A stretch of 64,000 bases of DNA from Octopus bimaculoides. Its lineage: Eukaryota. How positions within the stretch are numbered: the stretch's first letter is position 1; every line of letters starts with the position of its first letter. The notes below the pieces were generated by a model, which was not told where the DNA came from, did not search any database, and saw only the letters and a list, made by a program, of their open reading frames with translations. The position numbers were made by a program, and so were the translations under genes. The DNA is taken from the NCBI RefSeq assembly GCF_001194135.2, contig NC_068981.1:137366761-137430760 (forward strand). The letters run 5' to 3'. This document shows, piece by piece, positions 23,701-37,739 of the stretch.

Positions 23701-25201
23701 ATTGAATTGAGATTGGTATGTATGTATGTATGTATGTATGTATACAGCATTTGGAGTCAGTACATGTGCAGATTTGTATTTTTTTTTATGTATGTCTTCT
23801 CATTCATATACTTGCATGTCTAGACATGCACATATATACTTAGATGATAAACTTCTGGAAAGTTTTACAGATTTTTACAGTTCCAGAAATGGCTTGGATC
23901 TGTAGTCTTCGAATCAGCTTTCTCCATTTTGGTTTTGAGAAGGCTAATTTCTCAAGATTGGTGCTTAGGTAGTGTGTTATATATCCTAGTGCGCCAATAA
24001 TTACAGGTATAAACCTGAACTTGTAATCTGGGTAGAGTATGTATGTATGTATGTATGAATGTATGCATGCATGTGTATGTATGTATGCGTGTATTTATGT
24101 ATGTATGTATGTATGTATGTATGTATGTATGTATGTGTGTATGTATGTATGCATGTATGTGTGCGTGTGATAAGTTATGCTTTTTTCTTTTGAAAGTATG
24201 TTGCCTGTGCAAAACTTAAGTCGTCTAAATGCAAAGCCCTACCTCATAACTTTAAACTTAGTTATATACATATATTCACTTTTATGTATCAAGTTATGCA
24301 CTTTCAGAAACGTGGTTTTGAATGTAGAATATTGTAAATCTTAAAACAATTTCGGAAATTTCAAATTCACTAACTTCCTATTGTAGGTAGAATCCTATTT
24401 CAAGGCGAATAATTACGCAGCGCATGAATGGAAAGGAATCTTAAAAAATGTCTCTTGATAATATAATTTTGGCATTTTAAGGTTGCATACTTCGTTCTTT
24501 TACTTTTTTTTTTATCGTTTTTGAAATTCCAATTAACGCTTTGTAAGCTATACCATTATTCAATGTTATTATATTAAGACATTCCAATGGACTAAAAGAC
24601 ATTTTTCTTTCATGTAGCAACGCCATTACTTTTGCAACAGATGCCATGAATGCTCTTAATTTACGTCAATGGCACCAGAAGTGTCTTAAATACAGGTGAT
24701 AAATATTTCACTATATAATTCGATTCGCGTCTTTTTTTTCTCACTCTTTCTTCTCAAAGGCAGACGATATATTCGATATATTTACTGCAGAGCACCTTCG
24801 ATGAATATACAAACATTACCACCAGTGCGGTATTAAACATCAAACCTTAAACAACATGTTTTTCAATGGAAGAAACATTAGATCATTATTGTGTTTCTTC
24901 TATTACTTGTATTCCACTACAAACATCGCCACCACTATCCCACCAAAATAACCGCCACCACCACTACTACTGCGGTTGTTGTTGCTGCCATATGAAGAGC
25001 GGTATAATATTCACCACAAAATATATTGACAAGGTTAGTGGTGGTAAAAGGCTAAAATTATTTTTGTAGCCACACCTAATGTCGTCATCCCTGAATGCTC
25101 GCTAATTTTCCATAGACATTAGTATATTAGTAAAGTAAATGACCTTCCTTCGGTTTCGACGATGAGTACTGCGAATGTTCAAGCAAATCGACTTGCTACT
25201 T

Positions 25202-25420
25202 TCCTTTGAAATATAGGATAAGGGAAGGCGCATGGCTTAATGCTTAAGATGTTGGACTCATGATCGTAAGATTGTGGTTTCGATTCCTGGATCGGGTGAT
25301 GCGTTGCGTTGCGTCCTCCTGCAAAACACTTCATTTCACGTTGCTCCACTCCATTTAGCTGATAGAAATGAGTAATACTGCTACGGACTGGCATTTCATC
25401 CAAAGACGAATATATATATA
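25202..25420 (+). mobile_element. tRNA-derived SINE family D, partial
   Basis: GGCGCATGGCTTAATGCTTAAG...GGTTTCGATTCC (A/B boxes), then AAAACACTTCATTTCACGTTGCTCCA. Confidence 0.7.
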
Positions 25421-25515
25421 TGCCAGAGAATCGTAAGTGCGCTAGACATTCGGCCAAGCCGGGTCGGAAATATTATGTAATGACATCTTAAAATTGACAT
25501 CTTAAAAAAACAAAT

Positions 25516-25937
25516 TCTTTTATTCTTTGGTTCAGTCATTTGACTGCGGCCATGCTGGAGCACCGCTTTTAGTCGAACAAATCGGCCGCAGAACTTATTC
25601 TTTGTAAGCCTAGTACTTATTCTATCGGACTATTTTGCCGAACTGCTAAGTTACAGGGATGTAAACACACCAACATCGGTTGTCAACCGATGGTGGGGGG
25701 ACAAACACGGACACACAAACATGTACATACATACATACATATATATATGTATATATATATATACACACGACGGGCTTCTTTCAGTTTCCGTCTAGCAAAT
25801 CTACTCACAAGGCTTTGATCGGCCCGAGGCTATAGTAGAAGACACTTGCCCCAAAGTGCCACGCAGTGGGACTGAACCCTGGAACCATGTGGTTGGGAAG
25901 CAAGCTTCTTACCACACAATCACGCCTGCGCCTGTAT
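25516..25937 (-). mobile_element. SINE family A, full copy
   Basis: Near-consensus tail, body and head. Confidence 0.88.
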
Positions 25938-25950
25938 TGGACGTGGGAAC

Positions 25951-26009
<59 letters not shown>

Positions 26010-26027
26010 TTTTGTTGTTGTTGTTGT
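25951..26027. repeat. (TAG)n followed by (TTG)n microsatellite
   Basis: Directly visible. Confidence 0.95.
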
Positions 26028-26655
26028 TTAGCTCCAGGTTAGCCATTATCGTGTAAATCTATGATGGAAAGAATTCTGTCCGTTGATCATCCCGTCTTTT
26101 TAAGAGTGTCTACCATTAAATTATCCGACGTGTCTTTTCTTATTTAAGGCGGGGCTTGTTTTAATGGAGATTTTTACTGTTATTTCTCTTTCGAGCAATC
26201 ACGTAGACGCTCCTTGATTGTTGCTGTCCCAGTTGATCTTTAAACTTAGGCTAACCTTGAACAGGTAGGCCTATGATCAAAAGCGATCCGGTTCTACCCA
26301 CCCCTTCTCGTCTTTTATTCAGACATATTGTATTCAGTCACGCTTCTTTCAAGACAGCGGTGTATGATTTGAAGATTTGGTTGCTATTTCTAATAAGCTG
26401 AGCGACCACGTAGGGGCCAACTCTTTGACTTTTAGTTTAGACTTGCTGTTCAGATCCGACTCAATCCTGATGAAGCTCAGCTATGATGAAAGATATTCTA
26501 GCCATGACCATCTCCACTTTTACAAAGGTGTCTCAGATTACATTAACAAATGTGCGTCCCACTCTTTTTGAAAGTTGGCGGATTTCGGTTTGAGTAAGTT
26601 TTGGCTGCTATTTCTAGCATGTTCAGTGACCATATAGAGGTTATCTCGTTGGATT
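26025..26655 (+). repeat. Three head-to-tail diverged copies of a dispersed ~200-bp repeat
   Basis: Units share CTATGAT..AA....TTC.AGCC.TGACCATC and TTTGG.TGCTATTTCTA..A.G..GAGCGACCACGTAG; related copies at about 6050, 21010 (minus) and 52630. Confidence 0.6.
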
Positions 26656-27018
26656 CTCCTTTAACGGTTTCACCGTGTCACTCGGCCTAGCTGAGAAGAC
26701 AACACAATCCAACATGCAGTGATGAATTGTACAGGATTTAATGTTACTGTCTGGATATTGTGCACCAGAAACTGACAGTTGTTCCTCTGCATTTATTGAT
26801 GGTGATATTTATCCCAACACAGTGTTTTAGGGCCAGTGAGGCTATTGATGTTGTGTTTATTTCTGTCTCTGTATGTGTTCCTTATATTGCCTGGACTGAG
26901 TGGGAGAGATATTGTTCTTAACACGTAGCAGTGTACACGTGATACATAGACACGTACACAACATATAACACTGCATTGGTGGGTGAATATTCTTTATTTG
27001 TGGATTAACAAACCTGCC

Positions 27019-27319
27019 AGTGGAGGCGCAATGGCCCAGTGGTTAGGGCAGCGGACTCTCGGTCATAGGATCGCGGTTTCGATTCCCAGACCGGGCGTTG
27101 TGAGTGTTTATTGAGCGAAAACATCTAAAGCTCCACGAGGCTCCGGCAGGGGATGGTGGCGAACCCTGCTGTACTCTTTCACCACAACTTTCTCTCACTC
27201 TTACTTCCTGTTTCTGTTGTGCCTGTAATTCAAAGGGTCAGCCTTGTCACACTGAGTCACGCTGAATATCCCCGAGAACTACGTTAAGGGTACACGTGAC
27301 TGTGGAGTGCTCAGCCACT
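27019..27319 (+). mobile_element. Young tRNA-derived SINE family C, runs into gap
   Basis: AGTGGAGGCGCAATGGCCCAGTGGTTAGGGCAGCGG...GGTTTCGATTCCCAGACC; highly similar to copies at 45117, 54623 and 61508. Confidence 0.9.
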
Positions 27320-27945
27320 NNNNNNNNNNNNNNNNNNNNNNNNNNNNNNNNNNNNNNNNNNNNNNNNNNNNNNNNNNNNNNNNNNNNNNNNNNNNNNNNN
27401 NNNNNNNNNNNNNNNNNNNNNNNNNNNNNNNNNNNNNNNNNNNNNNNNNNNNNNNNNNNNNNNNNNNNNNNNNNNNNNNNNNNNNNNNNNNNNNNNNNNN
27501 NNNNNNNNNNNNNNNNNNNNNNNNNNNNNNNNNNNNNNNNNNNNNNNNNNNNNNNNNNNNNNNNNNNNNNNNNNNNNNNNNNNNNNNNNNNNNNNNNNNN
27601 NNNNNNNNNNNNNNNNNNNNNNNNNNNNNNNNNNNNNNNNNNNNNNNNNNNNNNNNNNNNNNNNNNNNNNNNNNNNNNNNNNNNNNNNNNNNNNNNNNNN
27701 NNNNNNNNNNNNNNNNNNNNNNNNNNNNNNNNNNNNNNNNNNNNNNNNNNNNNNNNNNNNNNNNNNNNNNNNNNNNNNNNNNNNNNNNNNNNNNNNNNNN
27801 NNNNNNNNATATGTATGTATGTTCTTTTACTTGTTTCGGTCATTTGAATGCGTCCATGCTGGAGCACTCCCTTGAGGGTTTTTTAGGCGAACAAATCAAC
27901 CCCTGGGCTTATTTTTTATGGATGCCCTGTACATATTGTACGTAC

Positions 27946-27992
<47 letters not shown>

Positions 27993-28074
27993 CATGGACT
28001 CTTCTGTCGTTAAACGACGTATAAGAATTCTGCAATTTCTTGCTGAACTACCGCACCGATGGTTTGTTTATAGC

Positions 28075-28295
28075 GATCAAATGTTTGTGTTCACATAAGC
28101 TCATTCCATCCATCAGATCGGCATTACTTATACAGGTGCACGAACTTCCACACGTCAGGTGACGAAATGATCGCCGAGCAACATGAAACCAAGTGTTTTG
28201 CTCAAGAACACAAAGCAATGCCTGGTCTGGGATTCGAAAATACGATCTCGCAGTCGTGAGTGCAACATCCTAACCACTAAGCCATGCGCCTCCAC
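28075..28295 (-). mobile_element. SINE family D
   Basis: Minus strand GAGGCGCATGGCTTAGTGGTTAGGATG...TTCGAATCCCAGACC...TTCTTGAGCAAAACAC. Confidence 0.75.
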
Positions 28296-28316
28296 ACACA
28301 CCTACATGCATGCGCA

Positions 28317-28357
<41 letters not shown>

Positions 28358-28466
28358 GGATGTTTGAGGTGGTTTTTCGTGCAATTTGGTGTAACTGTGA
28401 GGGATGAAGTTTGCTATGTCACCAGTATCTTTCGCATTTTCAAATCTGATTGTCGGTCTCTCTCTA

Positions 28467-28886
28467 TTTTACTCTTTTATTTGTGTCAGTCATTTGACTG
28501 CGGCCATGCTGGAGCACCGCCTTTAGTCGAGCAAATCGACCCCAGGATTTATTCTTTGTAAGCCTAGTACTTATTCTTGCGGTCTCTTTTGCCGAACCGC
28601 TAAGTTACGGGGACGTAAACACACCAGCATCAGTTGTCAAGCGATGTTGGAGGAGACAAACACATACACACACACACATATATATACATATACATATATA
28701 CGGTGGGCTTCTTTCAGTTTCCATCCACCAAATCCACTCACATCAGTTTCCGTCTACCAAATCCACTTTGGTCGGCCCGAGGCTATAGTAGAAGACACTT
28801 GCCCAAGGTGCCACGCAGTGGGAATGAACCCAGAACCATGTAGTTGGTAAGCAAGCAACTTACCACACAGCCACTCCTGCGCCTAT
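28467..28886 (-). mobile_element. SINE family A, full copy with small internal duplication
   Basis: Near-consensus; CAGTTTCC.TC.ACCAAATCCACT occurs twice. Confidence 0.88.
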
Positions 28887-29524
28887 TAATCTGTATTAAT
28901 CGTCATGATGGTTATTTCTTTTTATTTGGTAGTGAATCTTTTCAACATAAATGTATTTTTATGGTGAATTTAAAAATAAAGAAGTTACAAATAATTAAAG
29001 ATTGAATTTTTTTTATTATTCTCAGCGAATACGATGCGGCCATTTTCGACAAAAAAATTTTCGTAATTAAAAAAATGGTTGTGTAGCATTTTTAATATTA
29101 ATTTCTCACAAACTAATAATAATAATGATAATAATAGTAATAATAAGAGACGTCGCTATTCCGACTTCCGGCGTGTCGAAAATAGCCGCTATCCGCACGG
29201 TGAAATTCTAAAAGAAATTTCAATCCTTAAAGATTCGTAATTTGATTATTTTTAATTTCTCTGAAAAATTGTAATGATTTCAGTAATTACTTGAAAAAAC
29301 TACATCTGCACAGAAAGTTCGGATCTGCTGAGTTATTAGTTTATTGTAGTGTGACGTTGAGAAATAGGAGACTTGACAGGACTGACAAAGCTAATGATCG
29401 ATCTAATGTATAGTTAGTTATACACAGTTGTTTTTTTTCTGTTGCTTTCTTTCTTTACTATGTTTTCCATGTGTGTTGCAAATGTTGTAAAGGAGTTGTG
29501 TTAAAATCCTAATATATTGATTTC

Positions 29525-29655
29525 AAATTTTGGGGAGAGGATAAACTGATTATTTATTTTATCGAACCCGAAGGATGAAAGGCAAAGTCGACCTCAGTGG
29601 AATTTAAACTCATAACGTAAAGACACAGACGAAATGCCGCTACCAACTCGCCAGT
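29525..29655 (-). mobile_element. CORE-type SINE family B, partial
   Basis: ATCGAACCCGAAGGATGAAAGGCAAAGTCGACCTC. Confidence 0.75.
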
Positions 29656-30129
29656 CTTCTTTGTGTTTGGTACATGTTGCTGTGTAGATATGTTATGTGT
29701 AGTTATTATTGTGACATGGGATGCCATACAAACGTTGATGTTGTTGATGATGATGATGATCACTGTACATTAATAGTTTTACTATTAGTTTTATGGTTTA
29801 TGTTGGAAACAAATGTTTGTCATTTTCTTTATCTAAATTTTCGTTTGTTATTTCTTTATTTAGCTGTTTGAAGCTGAATTTTATTTCGGTTGTCTACGAC
29901 TTTAGTGTATTATGTTTGAGCTTGTATTTGGTTTTTATGAGGTTAGCTGTTTCTAGTGTGTAACTGGGATTGTATTTTTATACGTTACCTTATGGGACTT
30001 CTTTAGATGCATCTGTAATAAATTTGTTGAATATATGTACCGCAACGTCTATGATGGCGACTGTGGGTTGATAAATTCTGTAAACCTTGATTCTGTTTCT
30101 TAATGGAACTCGTGTCATTATACATTTAT

Positions 30130-30500
30130 TTATTTATTTATTTGAAGTTTGTGAAATTGATTTTGCCTTTCTTCATTGATGTGCGAGCGTGTTGTGATAG
30201 TAATTGGTGATCTGAGGAAAGTTGTGGAATTATTAGCCTAATGATTGTGGTCGCTTGAAATCGAGAATAGAAGAGAAAACCCGGGGAGGAGTTGATGTAC
30301 TTTACTTGGTGATGTTTGTATATGCGTTGATGTGGATTGTTTAAGACATGAAGGAACTCTAGCAACGACGGCATTACGCCATCTATCTTGTTATCTGTAC
30401 TACTTGAAAACCAGGAAGTATTGTAAGCATTATGTAACGGCAACACTGTTTAAGATCTGGAAACACTATTCCACTGTTGAATCATCAGTTAGTCAAATTT
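30130..30500 (-). mobile_element. Penelope-like RT C-terminal remnant
   Basis: LLEFLHVLNNPHQRI...PGFL resembles Penelope FL..LN..H..IKFT...FLD; degraded. Confidence 0.4.
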
Positions 30501-31000
30501 TAAGCATTTCTTGGTTTTGAAGTGTGTTTTGACGCAGCTTTTACTATGTTGTGTGAATTTGCGATTGCAAGAGTCATCTGTGGTGTATCTAGGGCCACAA
30601 TATTCAATGTGCCTATTTCACTTCCCATGTTCTGTGTCAACGGAATAATAGCAAAACAGAGGACCAAATGGAAACTTTAAGACGCGGTTCAGAGCACAAG
30701 GTCGTTCTTTACTTGGGTGGGTCAGAGATGGGGGTCTAGCAGCCCTTGAGTGACTGAGCATACATTTCTTGAACCCATGCTCACCTCCATCGTGTGGAGA
30801 AGGAGGTAGAAAACGTGCCCTAAGCATTGCCTGCTTCGTTTATTCGGTCCAGCTCACCATTGATGGCAGAGATCCAAAACTTGTGGACGTAAGACAAAAG
30901 AAAAACAAAAATAAAAGTATCTCACCATTATCACGTGGAACGTGCAGACAATCACGGACAACGCCCAAAGCGAGGGGCCAGAGAGAACAACTTTGGTTAT

Positions 31001-31304
31001 TCTTTTACTCTTTTACTCTTTTACTTGTTTCAGTCATTTGACTGCGGCCATGCTGGAGCACCGCCTTTAGTCGAGCAAATCGACTCTAGGACTTATTCTT
31101 TGGAAGCCTAGTACTTATTCTATCGGTCTCTTTTGCCGAAACGCTAAGTTACGGGACGTAAACACACCAGCATCGGTTGTCAAGCGATGTTGGGGTGACA
31201 AACACAGACACACAAACATACACACACACATATATATATACGACGGGCTTCTTCCAGTTTCCGTCTACCAAATCCACTCACAAGGCTTTGGTCGGCCCGA
31301 GGCT
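31001..31304 (-). mobile_element. SINE family A, runs into gap
   Basis: (CTTTTACT)n tail and near-consensus body. Confidence 0.88.
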
Positions 31305-32195
31305 NNNNNNNNNNNNNNNNNNNNNNNNNNNNNNNNNNNNNNNNNNNNNNNNNNNNNNNNNNNNNNNNNNNNNNNNNNNNNNNNNNNNNNNNNNNNNNNN
31401 NNNNNNNNNNNNNNNNNNNNNNNNNNNNNNNNNNNNNNNNNNNNNNNNNNNNNNNNNNNNNNNNNNNNNNNNNNNNNNNNNNNNNNNNNNNNNNNNNNNN
31501 NNNNNNNNNNNNNNNNNNNNNNNNNNNNNNNNNNNNNNNNNNNNNNNNNNNNNNNNNNNNNNNNNNNNNNNNNNNNNNNNNNNNNNNNNNNNNNNNNNNN
31601 NNNNNNNNNNNNNNNNNNNNNNNNNNNNNNNNNNNNNNNNNNNNNNNNNNNNNNNNNNNNNNNNNNNNNNNNNNNNNNNNNNNNNNNNNNNNNNNNNNNN
31701 NNNNNNNNNNNNNNNNNNNNNNNNNNNNNNNNNNNNNNNNNNNNNNNNNNNNNNNNNNNNNNNNNNNNNNNNNNNNNNNNNNNNNNNNNNNNNNNNNNNN
31801 NNNNNNNNNNNNNNNNNNNNNNNNNNNNNNNNNNNNNNNNNNNNNNNNNNNNNNNNNNNNNNNNNNNNNNNNNNNNNNNNNNNNNNNNNNNNNNNNNNNN
31901 NNNNNNNNNNNNNNNNNNNNNNNNNNNNNNNNNNNNNNNNNNNNNNNNNNNNNNNNNNNNNNNNNNNNNNNNNNNNNNNNNNNNNNNNNNNNNNNNNNNN
32001 NNNNNNNNNNNNNNNNNNNNNNNNNNNNNNNNNNNNNNNNNNNNNNNNNNNNNNNNNNNNNNNNNNNNNNNNNNNNNNNNNNNNNNNNNNNNNNNNNNNN
32101 NNNNNNNNNNNNNNNNNNNNNNNNNNNNNNNNNNNNNNNNNNNNNNNNNNNNNNNNNNNNNNNNNNNNNNNNNNNNNNNNNNNNNNNNNNNNNNN

Positions 32196-32253
<58 letters not shown>

Positions 32254-33257
32254 CTCTCTCTCTCTCTCTAAATGCATTTGGGTATGATGCGAAGGAACAT
32301 AACGCACACAAACCTTCACAATCTACGCGTTTCCTTAAGCCAGATATATTCAGATATGCTGAATCTCCGATTTTTAAAGGTAAATTATAATTATTAGAAT
32401 CCACTCATTCGCCAACAAATATACAAACACACGCATGCACATACACACACGAACAGTTCAAATGCATATAGGTATAAATGTGCACAAACTGACGCTAAGA
32501 TTTTCCTTACGGTACCGAAGCTTGTTATAAACCACAAATACGTATGTACTTTGCATTTTCATAAACCCACAAGAATACATATGTGGGTATATGAATGTTG
32601 AAAATGTATATATAAAGGCATATGAATGTTATTTATTTATGTACGGACATCTGTTTATGACAAGAAATACACACACATATACACATATTGGTGGTGTAGA
32701 CTAGTAGAGTAAGTTGGGTCTCTTGACGTTTAGCCACGTTCTTTTGCATTTTCAGTTCAAAACATGCCGAAGTAGACAATAAATTAAGAAGAATTTGTAG
32801 TATGGCGAATAAGCTTATTGTTATAACGAGTAAAAAATGTAACGCTTCGGGATATTGTCATTCATCATAGAGTAAAAAAGCCTGAAGAGTTACTCTTGGT
32901 CTGGTTGGCTGTACCGTCAACCTGTCTAACAACTTCATCGCCTTGTCCGACTCTCTGACAAAGGGCAAGAGTTTGAAATGTTAGATTTCCATACTCCTCA
33001 CAGTGATGGAATTTATCCGATATACTAGAAACCTTTGTTCTGCTTTATTGGCATTGATTCTGACATTTATCATATTTCTCTGGTTCTGGAATTTACCATA
33101 TAAAATAAAAAGTAGTCAAGTTCTGAATCGATCTAATTAATTATACCTCTGTTATTAAAATGTGTCGCCCCGTGTCTGTATTATTAATCATTATTAAAAA
33201 TATATTAATCTTTCTATGTATCTCTATATAAATATGTTTATGATAGAGTATTGTATA

Positions 33258-33470
33258 ATTGTTTCAAAATTTGGCACAAGGCCAGCAAATTTTATGGAGA
33301 GCTTATAAGTCGATTACGTTGACTCCAGTGATCAACTAGAATTTGCTTCATCGACTCAGAAATGATGAAAAACATAAGTCTACCTCGGCAGAATTTCAAC
33401 TCAGAACGTAAAGAATACTTCGAAACACTTTTTCCAGTGTTCCAGTGATAGTGACAGCTCGCCAACCTGA
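33258..33470 (-). mobile_element. CORE-type SINE family B
   Basis: TTTCAAAATTTGGCACAAGGCCAGCAA...ACCTCGGCAGAATTTCAACTCAGAACG. Confidence 0.7.
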
Positions 33471-33570
33471 GAGCATGATATAATAAAGCATAGTAAAATA
33501 TAGTGTAATATATGAGGGGGCGCTGAAAAGTTTCTAGCTTTCGGTAAAAGAAAATACAGGAGGATCAGTT

Positions 33571-33929
33571 AATCTATGATTTAATTCAACATATTTCCCT
33601 AACAGATTCACACACTTATTGCAGTGGCCCTTCAGTTTTTTCTAAGCCCTGTAAAAGCGTCTTCTCTTATACGAAACTAACTAATAATCAGCAGCTATTT
33701 AGATAAACTTACGCACAGTTCACCAAAGCAAATTTTCACATATGCAAACATATGATAAACACACAAACTCACACACATAGAAACAGACAATGAACTCAAA
33801 AGCTCATACATAGAAACAGTCGAACTAACAAACTTACACGTATACAAACGCATGATGAACGCATAAACTTTCGCATAGAAACAGTCGAACTAACAAACTC
33901 ACACACATACAAACACATGAACGTAAACA

Positions 33930-34025
<96 letters not shown>

Positions 34026-34103
34026 AATACATAATGAACGCACATAGAAACAAGCGAACTCGCAACATCCTTAAAACCAGGAATTTTTTCGCATCCCCTT
34101 GTA
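33571..34103 (+). mobile_element. mariner-derived MITE with internal segment replaced by captured DNA
   Basis: TIRs TATGAGGGGGCGCTGAAAAGTTTCTAG / CCAGGAATTTTTTCGCATCCCCTTGTA; insert 33656-34065 duplicates 36793-37283. Confidence 0.8.
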
Positions 34104-35936
34104 ATACGTGTGTATCTGTGTATGCATGAGCATGCGCATGTGTGTATGTATGTGTATATAATCGTTCCATGTCCATTGTCTATGCTGGCATGTGTTAGGC
34201 AGGTCATCAAAGTCCGATTCCGTTTTTGTAAGAGGTGTTTCAGACGAACGACATCGTTTGTATGGTCCATTTTTGACATGTTTCCTACGATTGTATGCTC
34301 TCTTGCTTTACAGAGTATACTTAGTACATTTTTCCGTTGCAGCTGATTTATCAAATACTGTCGTAATGTCGACCGGTCAAGACTAAGATACGTGAGCACA
34401 TAATTCTATTGTGTCAGAAATGCATATATCTTCTGTTTTTCACATCCCCACCTCCAAAGCTAGCGGTCCAGCAATAGGATCGGTAAAATAAGTACAAAAA
34501 GAGAAGTAAGTACTGGAGTCAATTTGTTCGACTGAAACCCTTCAAGAAGGCACTACACCCAACATGGTTGCAGCCCAATGACTGAAGCCTGTAATATATA
34601 CATGAGTATATACATGAATATANNNNNNNNNNNNNNNNNNNNNNNNNNNNNNNNNNNNNNNNNNNNNNNNNNNNNNNNNNNNNNNNNNNNNNNNNNNNNN
34701 NNNNNNNNNNNNNNNNNNNNNNNNNNNNNNNNNNNNNNNNNNNNNNNNNNNNNNNNNNNNNNNNNNNNNNNNNNNNNNNNNNNNNNNNNNNNNNNNNNNN
34801 NNNNNNNNNNNNNNNNNNNNNNNNNNNNNNNNNNNNNNNNNNNNNNNNNNNNNNNNNNNNNNNNNNNNNNNNNNNNNNNNNNNNNNNNNNNNNNNNNNNN
34901 NNNNNNNNNNNNNNNNNNNNNNNNNNNNNNNNNNNNNNNNNNNNNNNNNNNNNNNNNNNNNNNNNNNNNNNNNNNNNNNNNNNNNNNNNNNNNNNNNNNN
35001 NNNNNNNNNNNNNNNNNNNNNNNNNNNNNNNNNNNNNNNNNNNNNNNNNNNNNNNNNNNNNNNNNNNNNNNNNNNNNNNNNNNNNNNNNNNNNNNNNNNN
35101 NNNNNNNNNNNNNNNNNNNNNNNNNNNNNNNNNNNNNNNNNNNNNNNNNNNNNNNNNNNNNNNNNNNNNNNNNNNNNNNNNNNNNNNNNNNNNNNNNNNN
35201 NNNNNNNNNNNNNNNNNNNNNNNNNNNNNNNNNNNNNNNNNNNNNNNNNNNNNNNNNNNNNNNNNNNNNNNNNNNNNNNNNNNNNNNNNNNNNNNNNNNN
35301 NNNNNNNNNNNNNNNNNNNNNNNNNNNNNNNNNNNNNNNNNNNNNNNNNNNNNATACAAAATCAAAATAAACAACAGGATATCAAGAAGTGGCGCAGTAC
35401 GAAGGTTTCAAGCGGCTCCATTTAATTGAACAATGCAATTATTACATAAATTCAAATGCAGTGCTATCATCAGCTGCGCAAATAAATAGAATTTTAATCA
35501 GTCGGACACATTAATATGATTTTACTCAAATACTTTATTAGAGATGGATGAAATCCAAGTTGTCGGTATTATAGCTAAGAATATACTACACTTCCAAGAA
35601 AGGCATGAAGCTTACTGGGGTCATAGCTTTAGTTCATTTCTAATTTATTTGTCTTTTTATCAACTACTAAATCTAAGACTAGAGGCCTATGTCTGTTTGG
35701 AATGAAGGGGAAGAGTGAGTTGACAGCTCCCGGCTAGGCATGGTCATGAATATTGTCAAGATATTAGGAGTAGTAAATCGGGTATAAAGTAATTGTCTAT
35801 AAAGGAGTCTGGGTAGGGGAAGACTCGAAATCATGATGTCAATTGCCAGTTAAAGGGGCAAGATGCTAATAAAACGTATGATGTTAATACAGAGGAAAAT
35901 TTATCATGGGGTACTATGCGTGATTGTTTATAAACA

Positions 35937-35991
<55 letters not shown>

Positions 35992-36011
35992 TACACACAC
36001 ACACATATATA

Positions 36012-36231
36012 CACGAGGAGGTGCTGAAAAGTTTCTGGCTGTGGGTAAAAGAAAATACGGGAGGGCCAGTTAATTTTGATTTTATTCAACATATTCCCCT
36101 CTCAGATTCACACACTTATAGCAGCGGTCCTACAGTTTTTCTGAGCCCTGTAAAAGAAGGCGGAAGGTTGGGCCTCCAACCAGGTTTTTCGCATTGCTAT
36201 TAAAGCCAGGAATTTTTCGGCAACCTCTCGC
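36012..36231 (+). mobile_element. mariner-derived MITE, intact
   Basis: TIRs CGAGGAGGTGCTGAAAAGTTTCTGGCT / AGCCAGGAATTTTTCGGCAACCTCTCG. Confidence 0.85.
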
Positions 36232-37739
36232 GCGCACGCACGCGCGCATGTGTCTGTGTGTCTGTGTCTGTGTGTGCACGCGCGCGCACGCACGCGTGTA
36301 GGGGATAGTCATTAGGATCGATCTTTTTTGTATCTGTGACGACACAAGGTCATGAACTTCTAAGAATGTCATAATTGATATTACATTTTTGACTGCTACT
36401 TTATCGACCTCTGAATGACGTAAGACAAATTAACTATAGCAAGGTTTGAACTCACAAAGTGTAGAATTTAGAAAACCTTTACGAAATGTCGCATCAAGAC
36501 ATTTATTTTCTCATGCGGTCAAACGATTCTACTGCTAAATACACCCTTTCATCTCTCCCGTCACCATCTTTTACTATTTATTGCCCTTTCTGATGTCTAA
36601 CCAGCCTCTTATACCACCTACTGCCCTTTCTACTGTCCTATCTCCATCTTCTGCAATCCACTGCACTTTCAGCAGCCCCCTACCACCCTTTCTATACTAT
36701 CACAGCCCTCTTCTGACCTCCACCACCTTTTCAGTAGACTCCACTGCCATCTTCTGTCATCTGCTGCCTTTTTTCTCCACCACTGCCGTACCAGCGTCTT
36801 CTCTTATACGAAACTAACTAATAATCAGCAGCTATTTAGATAAACTTACGCACAGTTCACCAAAGCAAATTTTCACATATGCAAACATATGATAAACACA
36901 CAAACTCACACACATAGAAACAGACAATGAACTCAAAAACTCATACATAGAAACAGTCGAACTAACAAACTTACACGTATACAAACGCATGATGAACGCA
37001 TAAACTTTCGCATAGAAACAGTCGAACTAACAAACTCACACACATACAAACACACGAACGTAAACACGCACANNNNNNNNNNNNNNNNNNNNNNNNNNNN
37101 NNNNNNNNNNNNNNNNNNNNNNNNNNNNNNNNNNNNNNNNNNNNNNNNNNNNNNNNNNNNNNNNNNNNNNNNNNNNNNNNNNNNNNNNNNNNNNNNNNNN
37201 NNNNNNNNNNNNNNNNATATATATATATATATATATATATACAAATACATAATGAACGCACATAGAAACAAGCGAACTCGCAAAGTCACACATTTACTAA
37301 CACATGGTGAACCTACAAACCCACACATAGTAACACATCGTAACACTCAAACACACACACATATACGAACGCTTGATAAAATAACACAGACTCACACACC
37401 GAGAAACGTACAATGGAAAATACACAAGATAACACATATTGTGAACGAATTTCTCAATGAATAAACACAAATTTCGCATATACACATACAAAATTATGAT
37501 AAATATGCAAGCTCACACACATACACACACACACACACACACAAACAAAAAGGCTCAAATTCACACAGAAACCTACGCACGATCAACTCACAAACTCACA
37601 CCAACTTACAAGCATTACACACATAATCGCACACACGTACACATTTATATATACATATGCATACTTGACGCGTGCGCGCGCGTACGCAGAATGATGTTGA
37701 AATGTACTTTTACATAATTCGATCGTTTATTGAATTTTC

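Noticed and set aside
36228-36298. CG/CA alternating tract with Z-DNA potential
   Set aside because: Such tracts are common in this microsatellite-rich DNA (also 37670, 53430, 59212); no specific signal.
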